64,000 nucleotides of DNA from Octopus bimaculoides. Lineage: Eukaryota. The notes beneath the pieces were generated by a model. The model was not told the DNA's origin. It was given only the letters and a program-made list of their open reading frames with translations, and did not search any database. Where the stretch lies: NCBI RefSeq assembly GCF_001194135.2, contig NC_069004.1, forward strand, positions 1,935,661 through 1,999,660, given 5' to 3'. The position numbers and the translations under genes were made by a program. Below are positions 1 through 13,049 of the stretch, piece by piece (positions within the stretch are counted from its first letter, which is position 1; each line of letters starts with the position of its first letter).

Positions 1-610
1 TTTCATATTCATTTATACTTTAAATTCATTATTCACAATTCAGAGATTTATTCAGACACGGTAATTAAATGCTGGATTGCTGTGAATTGAAAAGTCATCA
101 TAACCACTTCACTCTACAATGTCACAAAAACCATTTTAATTGCTTCACCTGGAAAAAAGAATATTAAAGATTATTACCACACCTCTTTTACAGTTGAGTT
201 GAAGTGCTTATGTAGGACATGCAAGATAATTTATCCCACTCAAATAATTAGCATAACATAAAGCGTAGTTCAGTCATTGTGTAATGATAAAATTATAATG
301 ATTAAGACATGAGTATTAACAAAGAAATTAAGCAATATGGGCTGAACAAAGTTGATAGTTTCATTTTGTTATATTAAAAGCCATATAAAAACCATACCAA
401 AACTGACCTTATGCCAACCACTCCAAGAATGTAGTGGGTGCTTTTTACGTGCCACCAGCACAAGGGCCAATCAGGCAGCACTGGCAACAACCACAGTTGA
501 ATGGTGTATTTTACATGGCACTGGCACGGGAGGCACTCAAATGGTGCTTTTTACCTGCCACCAACACATGCATACATTTACATACTTACATATGTGTGTG
601 TGTGTATATA

Positions 611-639
<29 letters not shown>

Positions 640-652
<13 letters not shown>

Positions 653-880
653 CATTTACAACAGGTTTCTTCTTTTTTCTTTCTACCAACTCCATTTCCA
701 AGGCTTTGGTTGGCTTGGAGTTATGGTAGAAGACACTTGCTCAAGATGTCATGCAGAGTCATTGGACCCCGCAAGACTATATGGTTTGAAAGCAAGCTTC
801 CTAACCACACAGCCATGCATGAGGTTATACCACACCTGTGCCTATACCACACCTGTGCCTATACTACACCTGCGTCTATC
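640..880 (-). mobile_element. SINE family C head, with a triplicated ~17-nt start (TATACCACACCTGTGCC)
   Basis: tctaccaactccatttccaaggctttgg...agaagacacttgc...aaccacacagcc, followed by the tandem repeat at ~826-876. Confidence 0.6.
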
Positions 881-2092
881 TAGCTTGTTAATAAAGCTGA
901 AACGGTTCAGTTATTAAAAACCTGCCACACATCAGTATCAACTCACCCACACATTCTTGTTTTCATTTCTTTCTTCCTCGATTTATCAATCTTTACTCTG
1001 AACTTAAGTCTTCAGTCAATGCTTTTATTGAATATCTTTGAGACAGGAGTGCATGCAGTATGCTCTTTTGCCATTGTTCTTCCTTACTTCTGTTTACCAC
1101 TTGCTCACCCCATGAGAAGAAAAGTGCACATGAATACACAAACACAATAACATGTTTACAAGTTATATGCTTTCACATACATTTATGACTGCTTGTCAAT
1201 TTTAGCTCAGTCAGTTTGACCTTGTTTAGCTACCACTGACCTTTAGCTGTAATTCTATTGGCTAAAAATTACAACTACCAAAACTGCTTAAATATATTTA
1301 GATTGGTTAAAACCCGCTTGAAGTAGTTAGAAAATCTAGGAAAAAAACTAAATAGCTGAAAGTCTTCAGAGAAGAAGCCACCTCACCTTTGTGTAAATGT
1401 TTTGGCCCTTAATTCCTTATGTTCTAAGGGAGCCAGGCTGGGCTGCATCCTTGTCGTCACTCCTTGGTACTCCTCTGCTGCTACTTGTCTGCATTGCAAC
1501 CTTCCTGGAAAGTTAAGGTGCCCTCAACCTATGTTGCAATCGGTACCAAAACCTAAATCTACCTTAGCAGAGACTAAACACATGAAAGATTTCAGCCAAT
1601 CAAATTACTTACTGCTTTGGCACATTTGGCAATCTCGTGAACAAGCATCTGAACTTCTTTCGTATTATAAAAAAGAGCTTTTCTAACATGTCTTTAAAGT
1701 TTATTTTCTGTCTCAGCCGGTCACTGCGCTTGGCTGAGAAATGGAATCTAAGACTTATCTTCAGATGAGTTGCAGGGCACCTGGCCACTGTATACAATAA
1801 GTTCATTATTATTATTATTATTGTTATTTTTATCATCATCGTCATCATCATCATTTTAACATCTACTTTTCCATGCTTGCATGGGTCAAATGAAGTTTGT
1901 TGAGGTATGATTTTTTTATGGCCAGATACCCACCCCATAGCCAGACATGTTCTTACAGCATATTGGGAGTAAATGACACTGCTTGTATAACAGTGATACT
2001 CGTTTACAACTTTTAAACAATGACAAGGCAAAGAGACAAACACAGAGAGAGACAGTCACACACACACACACACACACATACANNNNNNNNNN

Positions 2093-2146
<54 letters not shown>

Positions 2147-2590
2147 GGTCCTCTTTTAGTTTCCATCTACCAAATCTACTAACAAGGCTTTGATTGGTCC
2201 AAAGCTATAGCAGAAGACTATAGGCAGCATACAGTGGGAGTGAACCCAGAATCCTATGGTTGGTTAACAAACTCCTTAACCACACATCCACATCTGCACC
2301 TGTCTTCTCATACATTCTCTATTGTTCTCACCTACTTGACAGGTTGCCATTAAATACAATGAAAGAACACACAAACACATACGTACTTCTTACCTCAATC
2401 TCTCACTGAATAGATAAGGTGAACATTTGAGCTACAGACGTATTCACTGTCACATTAAACAGTAAGCACATACATGCACCCTCTTCGTTTCTTTTAAAGT
2501 ATTTAGCTGTTGCTTTGTCTGATCTGTTGCAGTCAGGAACCATTAATTAAACTGTTGCAAAAATATGCTTTGCAGTATTTGTTTTGGCTC

Positions 2591-2802
2591 AAGGCTGTGA
2601 GTTGGCAGAAACGGTAGCATGCCGGGCGAAATGTTTTGCAGTATTTTGTCTGTCTTTACGTTCTGAGTTCGAATTCCATTGAGGTTGACTTTGCCTTTCA
2701 TCCTTTGAAGGTCGATGAAATAACTACCAGTTGTACTCTGGGGATTGATGTAAACGAATTACCCCCATCCCCTACCTGAAATTTAGTACAGAAATTTGAA
2801 AT
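2591..2802 (+). mobile_element. SINE family A copy with 18-bp target-site duplication
   Basis: Head ttggcagaaacggtagcatgccgggcgaaatg and core gaggttgactttgcctttcatcc. CAGTATTTGTTTTGGCTC is repeated at 2573-2590 and 2803-2820. Confidence 0.8.
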
Positions 2803-4963
2803 CAGTATTTGTTTTGGCTCTTTATTTTCTAGGTTCAAATCTTGCAGAGGTCAACATCACCTATTGACCCTCCAGTCAAATACTGTTTGGTAGGGTGGGA
2901 TCATGTTAACACTTTTGTTACCATATTTATTTTGAGAGACTCTGTGTTTCTTTCAATTAATTTTAAGCATAACAAAGAATTTAGTAAAATAACTGTTATT
3001 ATTCAGCTAGTGTTAGGAACATAAATTGTGACTAAGGTTTGGTGGAAGATTTTAATTCAGAACTTATAAAAACAAGATATTTGTACTACAGAGCCAGAAG
3101 TGATTTCAGCTGGGTTGGTATGGAAAGGGTTAATCAACTGACACCTTGGTTCAAATTTCTGGTCTTGTGCTTTTGTTAGAAATTATTCTTAAACAAGATG
3201 GAGGAGGGAGAGTTGGGTAGATTATTACCACAAAGAAAGTTATTTTTCATTTCTGGGCCTTTCCATATTTATATCTGTAACATTATAGCATATGTTGATA
3301 TGATGATTAGAAGCTGCTGTTTGGCATCTCAGACATGCTGATACTTCACTCATGCTTGTGCATCACTCATGTCAGTGCTTTACTCATGCTAGCACCTCAA
3401 TCGTTCTGCTTCCTCACTCATACTTGTGCCACAATAAAACACACCCAGTACAATCCATAAAATCATTGGCAAACAGGTGAAGAAAGTGTCGGGTTCAAGA
3501 GAAACTTTAGTCTTGCCTCACCAAGGACATGACAACATCTTTAGTTTTGGCGTCAAAGAAAAATGCACCATTTACACACTATAAAAGGGTTCGGTGTTAG
3601 GAAGAGCGTCCAGCCATAAAAAGTAACACAAAATGATAAGACTTACAAGCATGGCCTAGTTGTCCCCATTTGTCCATGAAAATTGTGGATTCAAATAAAA
3701 ACTGACTCAGACTCTGATCGCATATTCAGTTGACGTAAAATGTTGATGTACTCCCATAATAAAGTTAGTGCTATCACTAACCTGTTTGATCAGGTTCAAT
3801 CAAGCCACCATCAGCCATTGTAGGTTGTATAAGAACGAAGTTGTTTATTTAGTAAAAAAGACTCTTGCTGACTTTATACAATATAAATATATCTTGTAGG
3901 TATCGGCATATTTAGCTTACCCTATCGGATGCTAAACTATTTAGTTCTATTCATTTAGTGAGAAATGTGTAACTAACTTTAAACAATGTAAGCAGAAATG
4001 ATAATCGTGGAGTGCATTCAAAAAATACACACACATAAATACATATATGTGCATACATTCACAGTAAACACCCATCAGTGTTTTTCCACATCAACGTTTT
4101 CCCATTTTCCATGTTACCCCACATTCATGTATATTTGACTTGTGTTTCTACAAAATTGCTGACCCAGTCTCTACAGCCTTCTTTTCCTTCTTGCTTTCAG
4201 ACCATTTTACTGAAACCACAAACAAAACTCTCCCCTAAGTTAAGCAAAAACATTTTAGGTGTTTCAGTTGCCTTCCATAGCTTTATTTTGTTTTATTATT
4301 CTCACATTTGGGTAACACTTCCTTTTTTTTTTTTTACTTAATATTTTCTTGTTTGACTCTTTTTATTTTTTAGTTTAGTCATCTTGACCAAACTTTTGCA
4401 TGCAACACTCTTCAGGTTATGGAGCCAAAAAAAAAAAAAACAATTCTTTACATTTGCTTCTTACTTTAATCCTTTTAAGACCAACCTGCCTGAGACCGCT
4501 CCTGGTTTTATGATACAAACTTCCTGTTTCAAAGTGATCTAAATTAAAACTTTCCTTGGGTGGGGTTCGATAAATTAAGTACCAGTTGCGTACTGGATCG
4601 ATCTAATCGACTGGCCCCCTCCCCAAAAATTTCAGGCCTTGTGCCTAGAGTAGAAAAGATTAAAATTTGCTTTGTAGCCATGTTTGCAGTTGGGGTCTTT
4701 GTAAAACTTGTCTTTTGCATGAACACATGGCTTATCCTGTAGATTATTTCTTTGGCATATNNNNNNNNNNATGACAAATTATGTTTTGATAAGAACTTTG
4801 AATTGCTTGATATTATAAACAAATAAAAGAAATTATTTATACAGCAGAAGGTTATCTCAATTATTTTCTTCATAAATATTGATATTAATTATTGATATTA
4901 ATTATTGATATTAATTATTATTATAATAGGTGGCAAGCTGCCAGAAATGTTAGTTGTGTGCGA

Positions 4964-4995
<32 letters not shown>

Positions 4996-5281
4996 TTTGT
5001 TTTGTTTTGTTTTTATTTGTGGGGCAACAAGGCTACCATTGGTTCTGCAGTTTCAGCATCTTAACAGCAGGACCATTAGCTTCAGAATTCCATTGGTTTT
5101 AAAATTGGACTAACATAACAAAATAACCATCTGATTCTTATTCTTGTAACAACTGGAGTTCATTTTTAGGGCTTTGTAAGTTCTCAAATATTTAGAATTT
5201 AGTGTTTGCTTGCTTTTCTTTTTTCTTTTTTGATGGTGGTGGTCATGTTTTGTAAATCATTTATGGCTTCACATTTTACAG

Positions 5282-7236
5282 GAACAGAAGATGATAAAAA
5301 CATCATGAATGTAGGTCCTCGAAAAAATATACAAGAGTATGCTAAAAACCAATGGCGTGGGGAAACTCCAGAAGCTCAAAGATATCTCGAAGTAAGTATT
5401 TATGTTGTTGTTATTTTTATTTTGAAGGTGAACTGGCAGAACCGTTAGCACGCTGGACGAAATGCTTAGCGGTATTTTGCCCATCACTACATCCCAAGTT
5501 CAAGTTCAGCCGAAGTTGACTTTGCCTTTCATCCTTTCGGTGTCGATAAATTAAGTACCAGTGAAACATCGGGGTCAATGTGATCGACTTAACCCCTCCC
5601 AACAAATTTCAGGTCTTGTGCCTAGAGTAGAAAGGGTTATTTTTATTTTGACATGGTGCTGGCATAGTCGTTACGGTTAAGAAGCTCTCTTTGCGACTAC
5701 ATAGTTTCAGGTTCAGTCCCACTGCACAGCACCTTGGGCAAGTGTCTTCTACTATAGCCCTGGGCCAACCAATGTGTTGTGAGTGAATTTGGTGAACAGA
5801 AACTGTGCAGAAGCTTAGCATACACATGCGTGCATATATCTTTGTGTTTGCTCCCACCCACAATTTGACACCTGTGCAGTACTGTTCAATTTAATGGTCT
5901 CAAGAGGCATTAAAAACATACATGCTGTCTGGAGATTTATAGAATTTATGAGAAGCAGAAGTGAAACATAAGCACAATATATCTAAGGCAGTCTATATCT
6001 AAATACATAAATCGGTCTATTAAGCAACAAGTTTTAACTTTTCATACTTTAATGAAGCTATCAAACTTGTATAACTTTTACTTCATAAACTTTCATTCTC
6101 TCCATATTTCAGGCTTATAATCAAGTACAACAGACTTTCGAATGCAACTACATACGAGTTATGCGTGGAGATAACTACTGCGGAATTCGTTCCTGTATAG
6201 TTCAGGTGTTAATAAACGGAATTGCAATGAAACAGGAATTTGCCACAGCAGAAATTGTAAAGAATGTAAGACAATATTTGCTATAATCTCAGCTGCAGAA
6301 TGGTTTATGAAGTTAATTTTTCCTTCTATCTTTCCCACTTAGTCTGGGTTGAGCAAACCAATGGCTTGTAAATAGCCTCGCAAACAATAATCAGATTGGT
6401 GATGGCCACAGCAGAGATAGGCAAAGTTTAATCTAACCTTAGCATTTGCTGTTTTATCTTTAGTGCCGTACATCCCAGGTTTTGTGATTAATGAGCCTCG
6501 TAATACTGCTGGTATGTGTGTGTGTGTAGAGTGAGAGAGAGAGAGAGAGGAAGGGTGGCTTGATGTCATAGTTGTATTTTGGGATGTTGTACATATAAAT
6601 AACTCTTGTTATTAATTAGAGGAGGGTGTAAAGGAGGCAAACTGGCAGACTTATTACAACATTGGACAAATGCCTAGTTGTATTTCTTTGACTCCTTACA
6701 TTCTGAGTTCAAATTCTGTCAGGGTGAGCTTTGCTTTTCATTTCTTTCTCATCATCATTAATTAACATCCATTTTCAATGCTGGCATGGGTTGGATGGTT
6801 TGATGGGAGCTGCACCAAGTTCCATTCATCTGTTCTGATATGCTTTATACAGCTGGATGCCCTTCCTAACGCCAACCACTTTACAGAGTGCACTGGGTGC
6901 TTTTTATGTGACACCAGCACCAGTGCTTTTTTACATGGAACTGGGTTAGTAAAGTACCAGTGAAGTACTGGGGGTCAATGCAGCCAACTAACCCCCTCCT
7001 CTAAATTACTGGCCTTGTGCCAAAATTAGAAAGAATTGTTAAATACTAAAGTGTGAGACGTGCATTATCTTACTAAGACTGAATGTATTCCTCCATAATT
7101 CCAGTTCACTTTTTTGTTGTTAAGTTTTGACATTTCTCTTTCCTAATGAAGTCTAACTTTATTAATCCATAAAGTGTTGCAGCTTTCAACCACTCAAATG
7201 CTTACCTCAAGTTTTAAGCACAAAAAACATTTACAC

Positions 7237-7293
<57 letters not shown>

Positions 7294-8320
7294 ATATCTG
7301 ATGACATGAAAGATGCAGGGACATATTAGCTTCATGCCAAATTTCAACAGTGCATATTCAGGGAACAAACAAATGTTTTTTAGTGCATCAAAGCAAGTAA
7401 TATAAGCTCAACTTCACATAAAGGACCCAGGGTGAATATCTTTTTTTAAAGACATTTTTGGTGGGGAAAAACACTGCAAGTTATATATCATCAAGCATAG
7501 TAAACCTGTTACATTTACACAAAGCTAAAAAGTTTAACATTTCATAAGTCATTTTAATGTGTATTTTTTTTTTCTGTTACTTGCATGCTTGGAAAGTTAT
7601 ATAGAATGTCATTGTCACTGCCTTGACCTTCTTAAAGTTAGATGTATATAATGCAAAGATTTGAAGCCTAGATATTTTCTCTGACATTCATCTAAATAAT
7701 GTCTATACTTTTCTAGCTTTTAAACCAATATTTGGAGGAACCAGAATGGGAACTAAAGCGGTGGTCTTTTGCCAGGCGTTTAAACTACACTGATGTGAAA
7801 GAAATGCTGTTCTCCTGTATTGATGAATTTTATTCACAGGTACTTTGATTTTTATCTCTATACATAACTAAAATATGAGTTTTGGTGCTTAAGAAAGAAA
7901 AGCTTTTCAGTTTTCTGTCATTTTTCATCGAAGTCTACTAAACTGACATTGACCCTCTTACGAACCTCCTCTCTCTGCTTCATTTGTTGACCTCTAAATG
8001 CCTTTAGATGTCCATCTTAACACCTAACATCATTGTCCACATTTGTCAGTCAGTCTCCAACTAAAACCTGATTCAGTTATTTTATGTTCTGTGCTGAAAG
8101 AGAATCACATATGTGTGTCATTATCATCATCCTCATCGTTTAACATCCACCTTCCATGCTGGCATGGGTGGGATGGTTTGACAGGAGCCAGCCAGGCAGA
8201 AACCTGCACCAGACTTCTGTGACTGTTTTGGCAGGGTTTTTCCAGCTGGATGCCCTTCCTAACATCACACACTCAGCAGAGTGGACTTGGTGCTTTTTAT
8301 GTGGCACAAGCACAAGTGAG

Positions 8321-8360
<40 letters not shown>

Positions 8361-9301
8361 AGTACATACAAACAAACAACAGGCTCCTTTCAGTTTCCAT
8401 TTCCCAAATCCACAAGACTTTAACCAACTCAATACTATAGTAGAAGACAATTGCCTGAGGTGTCACACAGTGGGTTTGAACCTAAGACCAGATGGTTGGG
8501 AAGCAAGTGTCTTAACCACACAGCCACACCTTGATAGAGTTATTTCTTATTGTTTCTCGGCAGATAAAACAAATATTTCTTTCTTTCTTTTATTTCAGCA
8601 TAACTTAGCTTTAGAGATGGACAAGACAGAGAGAGAAGACTGGGTGGAGGACCTCTTAAACAGAGAACCAATTGTTGATATAAAAATAATGGAAGCTGCC
8701 AAATTGCTTATGATGCTTGATATAATTGACATTTATAAAAACCAACAAGCCGAAGATTATCCATTGTTCGTCCATTATATTTTTTCTCGGGATACATCTG
8801 ACACTCCTGCAAAACTGTTGAAAAACATCCTGAATGCAGTCGGAGATTCTGGCAGTTTAGAACAGGTATGCATCCTTTAGAAATGATGATTTGATTTCTT
8901 AAAAAAATAATAAAGTGTGAGGAAGAGGAGAGATCTAACTTTTGAAACAGGGCCTTTCTTGCCTGAAATATCAGTCACTTCTTCATCACAGCAAATTTAT
9001 TCCATCTGGTAAACTGCTTTGTTTCTTGTTTATTTTTTAAGATGTTTGAATGAAGAATTTTTTGATGGCCTTAAGATGAAAGTTGATCATTAATTGTTAT
9101 GTTTTTTTTTTTCCTTTTCAGATTGATATGTGCCTCTTAGGACATGCACTCGGTGTAAAAATAACGGTGCCTCGTCTATATCGATATGGTAGAGATGATT
9201 TTATACATGGATTTCCTGATTTACTGAACCAAAATTGGGACGAGGTGTATCTCATTACCGAAGACGATAGACATTACAACATTATAATAAAAGATAACTG
9301 A
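5282..9301 (+). CDS. OTULIN: OTULIN-family deubiquitinase, paralog A (5 coding exons seen; 5' exons not located)
   Basis: GT-AG exons 5282-5391, 6113-6265, 7717-7839, 8599-8865 and 9122-9301 join in frame. The translation has IRVMRGDNYC (catalytic Cys), FSRDTSDTP, LNAVGDSGSLEQ and [11 protein letters not shown] (His/Asn), matching OTULIN RRVRGDNYC, FARDTS, GGLEQVEM and EDDRHYNI. The first exon seen starts in phase 1, so upstream exons exist. Confidence 0.92.
5425..5635 (+). mobile_element. SINE family A copy
   Basis: ctggcagaaccgttagcacg...gttgactttgcctttcatcc...aagtaccag. The family recurs more than 10 times in the window (e.g. ~4545, 12600, 12820, 14530, 24830, 33710, 38770, 40140, 55850, 57180). 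Confidence 0.75.
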
Positions 9302-10890
9302 GAAGAGACAATTCTATGATTACATTTCTAATTCTCTGTCGTTATCTCTCTTCTCTGCTGATGATGATTGAGAAGAGAAGCTAGCATCTTGTTCATCAGC
9401 TGGGAATCTACTGACACACTACATGTGGAGGCAACAGCTATTCGCATCAGTCAACTGTACAAGCTGCTCTACTATATGCTGCTAGCTGACCAGTGGATTA
9501 AAAACATTACTTTACCGGTTGATTTTTGGATGAAGATAACAAGACCAAGCTACACGTAGACACTATATCGTACGTCCACCACCCAGAAATGGAACCCACC
9601 TTAAACAATATGGCTGTGAAACATTAGCTTTTATTTATTTATTTAATTTTCTTTGCAAATTTTTTTTTTTTTTTAATCTTTTCTGTTTAAAATCACAACT
9701 GTGAAGATGGAAGAATCGGTGGAATTGGTTTCAAGTTACATGCAATGCAAAGGAAAGGAGGCACCAAGCAAAGACCATAGAAATACCTGTTCCCCATGTC
9801 TATATCTGTTAAAACTGTAGTGAACACTGTTGACATAAATGGTTCAGTATCTTATTAGAAACTTTTTTAGTTTCTGTTGCTGAAGTATCTTGGGGAAAAG
9901 GCCAATGTATAGATAATTGGTAGATCATTGGTATAATTGAATGCTCTTGTTGCCAGAGATTATAAAACTTTTTTCCTATTTTCAAGGACCATTTAAATTA
10001 TGTGGCTACAAGCTTATCACTATTCAGTTTGGGTTACTTGTGAGGAAATCTATTTTAAGGACAAGATGTATAAAAGTTAACGCAAAAAACATGAATACAC
10101 CTGTGCATTTTAAATGTTTCATTTAAAACAGGATTGTTTCTACTGATCTAAGAAACACCTTCTAGATGTCAAATTTTGCTCGATATACATATAATTCTTT
10201 AGATGTCACTGTTAACCTTATTTATATTTTTGATAATTTTTCGTATATAGTTGACATCAATTTAGTCGTAATCAAGCAGAACCTTTAATGGCAGGGTCCT
10301 GTTTCATTGACAAATGAAGAGGATTGCACGTTAGCAAATTTTTTAAATGTAACGACTTTTGGTTAGATTCTACAGCAGTGACTTTACAATTAGTTTTGTA
10401 GTAAATCAGATCTTTTATTCTGCTNNNNNNNNNNCTAGTTTGCAATCCTATCCCATCCACCCCACAAAAACAGCAAAATCTAGCCTCCAGACACTAGATA
10501 AAGCTGGATGCATTTAAATACAGCACGTGTGTTTGTGGCTGTGTGCGTGTGCATGTGTGTGCGTGTGTGTGACGCTACTCAGTAGCACATGTTGCGCTGA
10601 ATGTAAATATCCTCTTGCTTCCTCTTTTTATATATATACATATAAAACATTTTGTTTATTAACTGTCTCAACCACTGTGCCTCTCCTTGTTGAAATACAT
10701 TTGGGACAAAGATGTGTTGAACTTGTTGGTTACTGTAGTGTAAGAACTATGGTCTGTCTAGAACATTCCTATGAACATGACATCTACTATTCTGTGTGCG
10801 AGAATCAAAAGCACACCAGTTTAGTTTATTTATCTGAAAAGGGTTGTTGCTTCATTTATTCAAATATAAATAAAGTACATTTTTTAAAAA
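9302..10890 (+). other. Probable 3' UTR of OTULIN paralog A, with AATAAA at 10869-10874
   Basis: Follows the stop codon and is collinear with 26143-27630 downstream of paralog B. Confidence 0.55.
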
Positions 10891-10954
10891 GTGTCTGAGT
10901 GCTTGACTTTTGCTTTGCCTATAGATTTACAAAGATGGATTATATCAACCAATT

Positions 10955-11240
10955 TATTTGTTCCAACATGGAAGTGTTACAAATAAGAAGCATGGAACAG
11001 ACTACCTGCATCAGTTGTTAGCTGCCGAGACATTGCATCCTTTAAAACCTCCAAGCTTCCTGAAATTCGCCAACACTACACCTGATATCCCACACCCTCC
11101 ATACACATGCACACATGTATATCATGACTCATACACTGTTCCCCTTTCTGACTTTTGTACATGATTCTATGTACTGTACATGCACCTTTGATGAGTTGTG
11201 GTGCACCTGAGCACAATTCACAAGAATTTCATTATTATTA
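10955..11240 (+). mobile_element. CR1-like LINE 3' end fragment
   Basis: Degenerate translation ...AWNRLPASVVSCRDIASFKT...PEIRQHYT resembles the CR1 ORF2 C-terminal WN.LP motif. Confidence 0.6.
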
Positions 11241-13049
11241 TTATTATTTTGAACAGGCTGATTACAATATAGAAGAAGAGTTTTATAAGTTGGTTTTCCA
11301 TGAGGAGTGTAAATTTGAGCAAAAGGAAAGGGTGGGGAAAATTTGTTACTTGGACTGAACGAAAGTAAATGAGGAAGGAATTAAAAGTTGCGAGAGCCAA
11401 AAACTCCTGCTTAATTAGGGAAAACCTTTGTTGTGTCTTCAATGCACTGCAAGCATATGTGATACATGATGACGACGATGACACAGCTGAAAAGAGTAAC
11501 CACACACACACACACACACACACGCATACATCATCATCATTGTTTAATGTCCACTTTTCTGTGCTGGCATGGGTGAGACTGAATTTGTTGAGGTACATTT
11601 CCTATGGCCAGATGCCTTTCCGGTTGCCAACCCCTCTCAACTGTTTCAAAACTAGGTTATATTTCTCCATGGAAGACCGGAAATGAATAACATTGCTTGT
11701 ATAACAGTGATGTTCCTTAACAATCATCATAGTGGCAGCAGAAGATGCTGTCGTTGTTGTAAAAAAAGATATCTCCACTGTTTCCAACAGCAGAAATATC
11801 CACGAAAGAGTTATATATAATGAACTTATTGTATACAGTGTTCAGATAAGATATGGGGACATGCACCTTTGCAGCGCGTCCTTGCATCCACCGTTTGTCT
11901 GGCCCCATCTCAGCGAAATACTTCATCTGCTTGACACATGTGACATGTGTCCGACCAACACGAGCCGTCATCCCAACTGGTTCCCCAGAGAAGAGAACAC
12001 GATACGCAGGACTCATTACGAAAAATCAAACAACATGACCAAACAATCTGAACTTGACCGAAATCCTACAGCAGGATGCATCACAGTTTCTGAATATCTC
12101 CGTTGGGTTGGTAATTGAGAAAAATTATTAAACGTCAAGTAGCAAGCAAGGGAGACAACTTCAGATATTGACGGTTGAAAAATATCAAACTTATTTTTAA
12201 TAAATAATGAAATATACCCTTTATATTTATCAATAAACCTTATTTTTGGTACCATACAAAGCATTCTTTTTCTCAAATAACTGTTTCTTTTTGTAGGCTA
12301 GTTACTATCGTCAGCGAGCAAATGTCAAGGTAAATGGCAGGTAAAAAATATTTAAAGAAATTAAAGTTGAAGTCGTTTCCCTTGCATTTCAGGTCGGGAA
12401 TGATGTTAGTTAAATTGAAATATTTTTATTTTCTAAATCACAAGTCAAGTTACTTTTCGTGTTGAAAGTAGAGAAAATAATATACTTAAATGCATTCTGT
12501 TATTATTAATGAATGGTGATCTACTTGAAGCAACATAAATTGACAATAGTTTTGCTCTGAGATCGTTATAAAATAACGCTTTCAAACTAGGGCACAGGGC
12601 TAGCAATTTTAGGGGCGAGTGATAGTCGATTACATCGACTCCAGTGCTTGACTGGTGCTTCATTTTATCGACCCCGAAAGGATGAAAGGCAGAGCTAACA
12701 TCGGCAGGATTTGAACTGAGAACGTAAGGAGCCGGAATAAATGCTGCTATACATTTTTATCCGGTGCGATAATGATTCTATCAGCTCGCCACATTTAATA
12801 ATTGTTTCAAACGTTGACACAAGGCCAGAAATTTTAGGGGAGCAAGTTAGACGATAACCTCGTCTCCTGTACTTGACTGGTACTTTATTTTATTGGCTAC
12901 AAAAAGATGAGAGGTAACGCTGAGCTTGGATTTGAACTGAGAACGTAAAGAGCCGTATCTGAATACTGCAAGGCATTTTGTCCAAAAATGGGACAGAGGA
13001 CCAGCACAAATACGTACTGAGCGAAAAATGGTCATACATCAACATATTC

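Noticed and set aside
46-60. Possible 15-nt phase-1 microexon (D)LFRH(G), vaguely PIM-like, upstream of OTULIN A
   Set aside because: Too short to distinguish from chance, it has F instead of the essential Tyr, and there is no counterpart in paralog B.
352-917. Overlapping ORFs rich in YIYI/CVCV (also 16626-16895, 18384-18846, 40923-41518, 47299-47630, 56505-56832)
   Set aside because: They are translations of (TA)n, (TG)n and (ATCT)n microsatellites and SINE sequence.
9368-9559. ORF MRREASILFISWES... present after both OTULIN stop codons (also 26209-26445)
   Set aside because: The similarity is explained by the duplicated 3' UTR. It starts at TTG, has no recognisable domain, and the stop position differs between copies.
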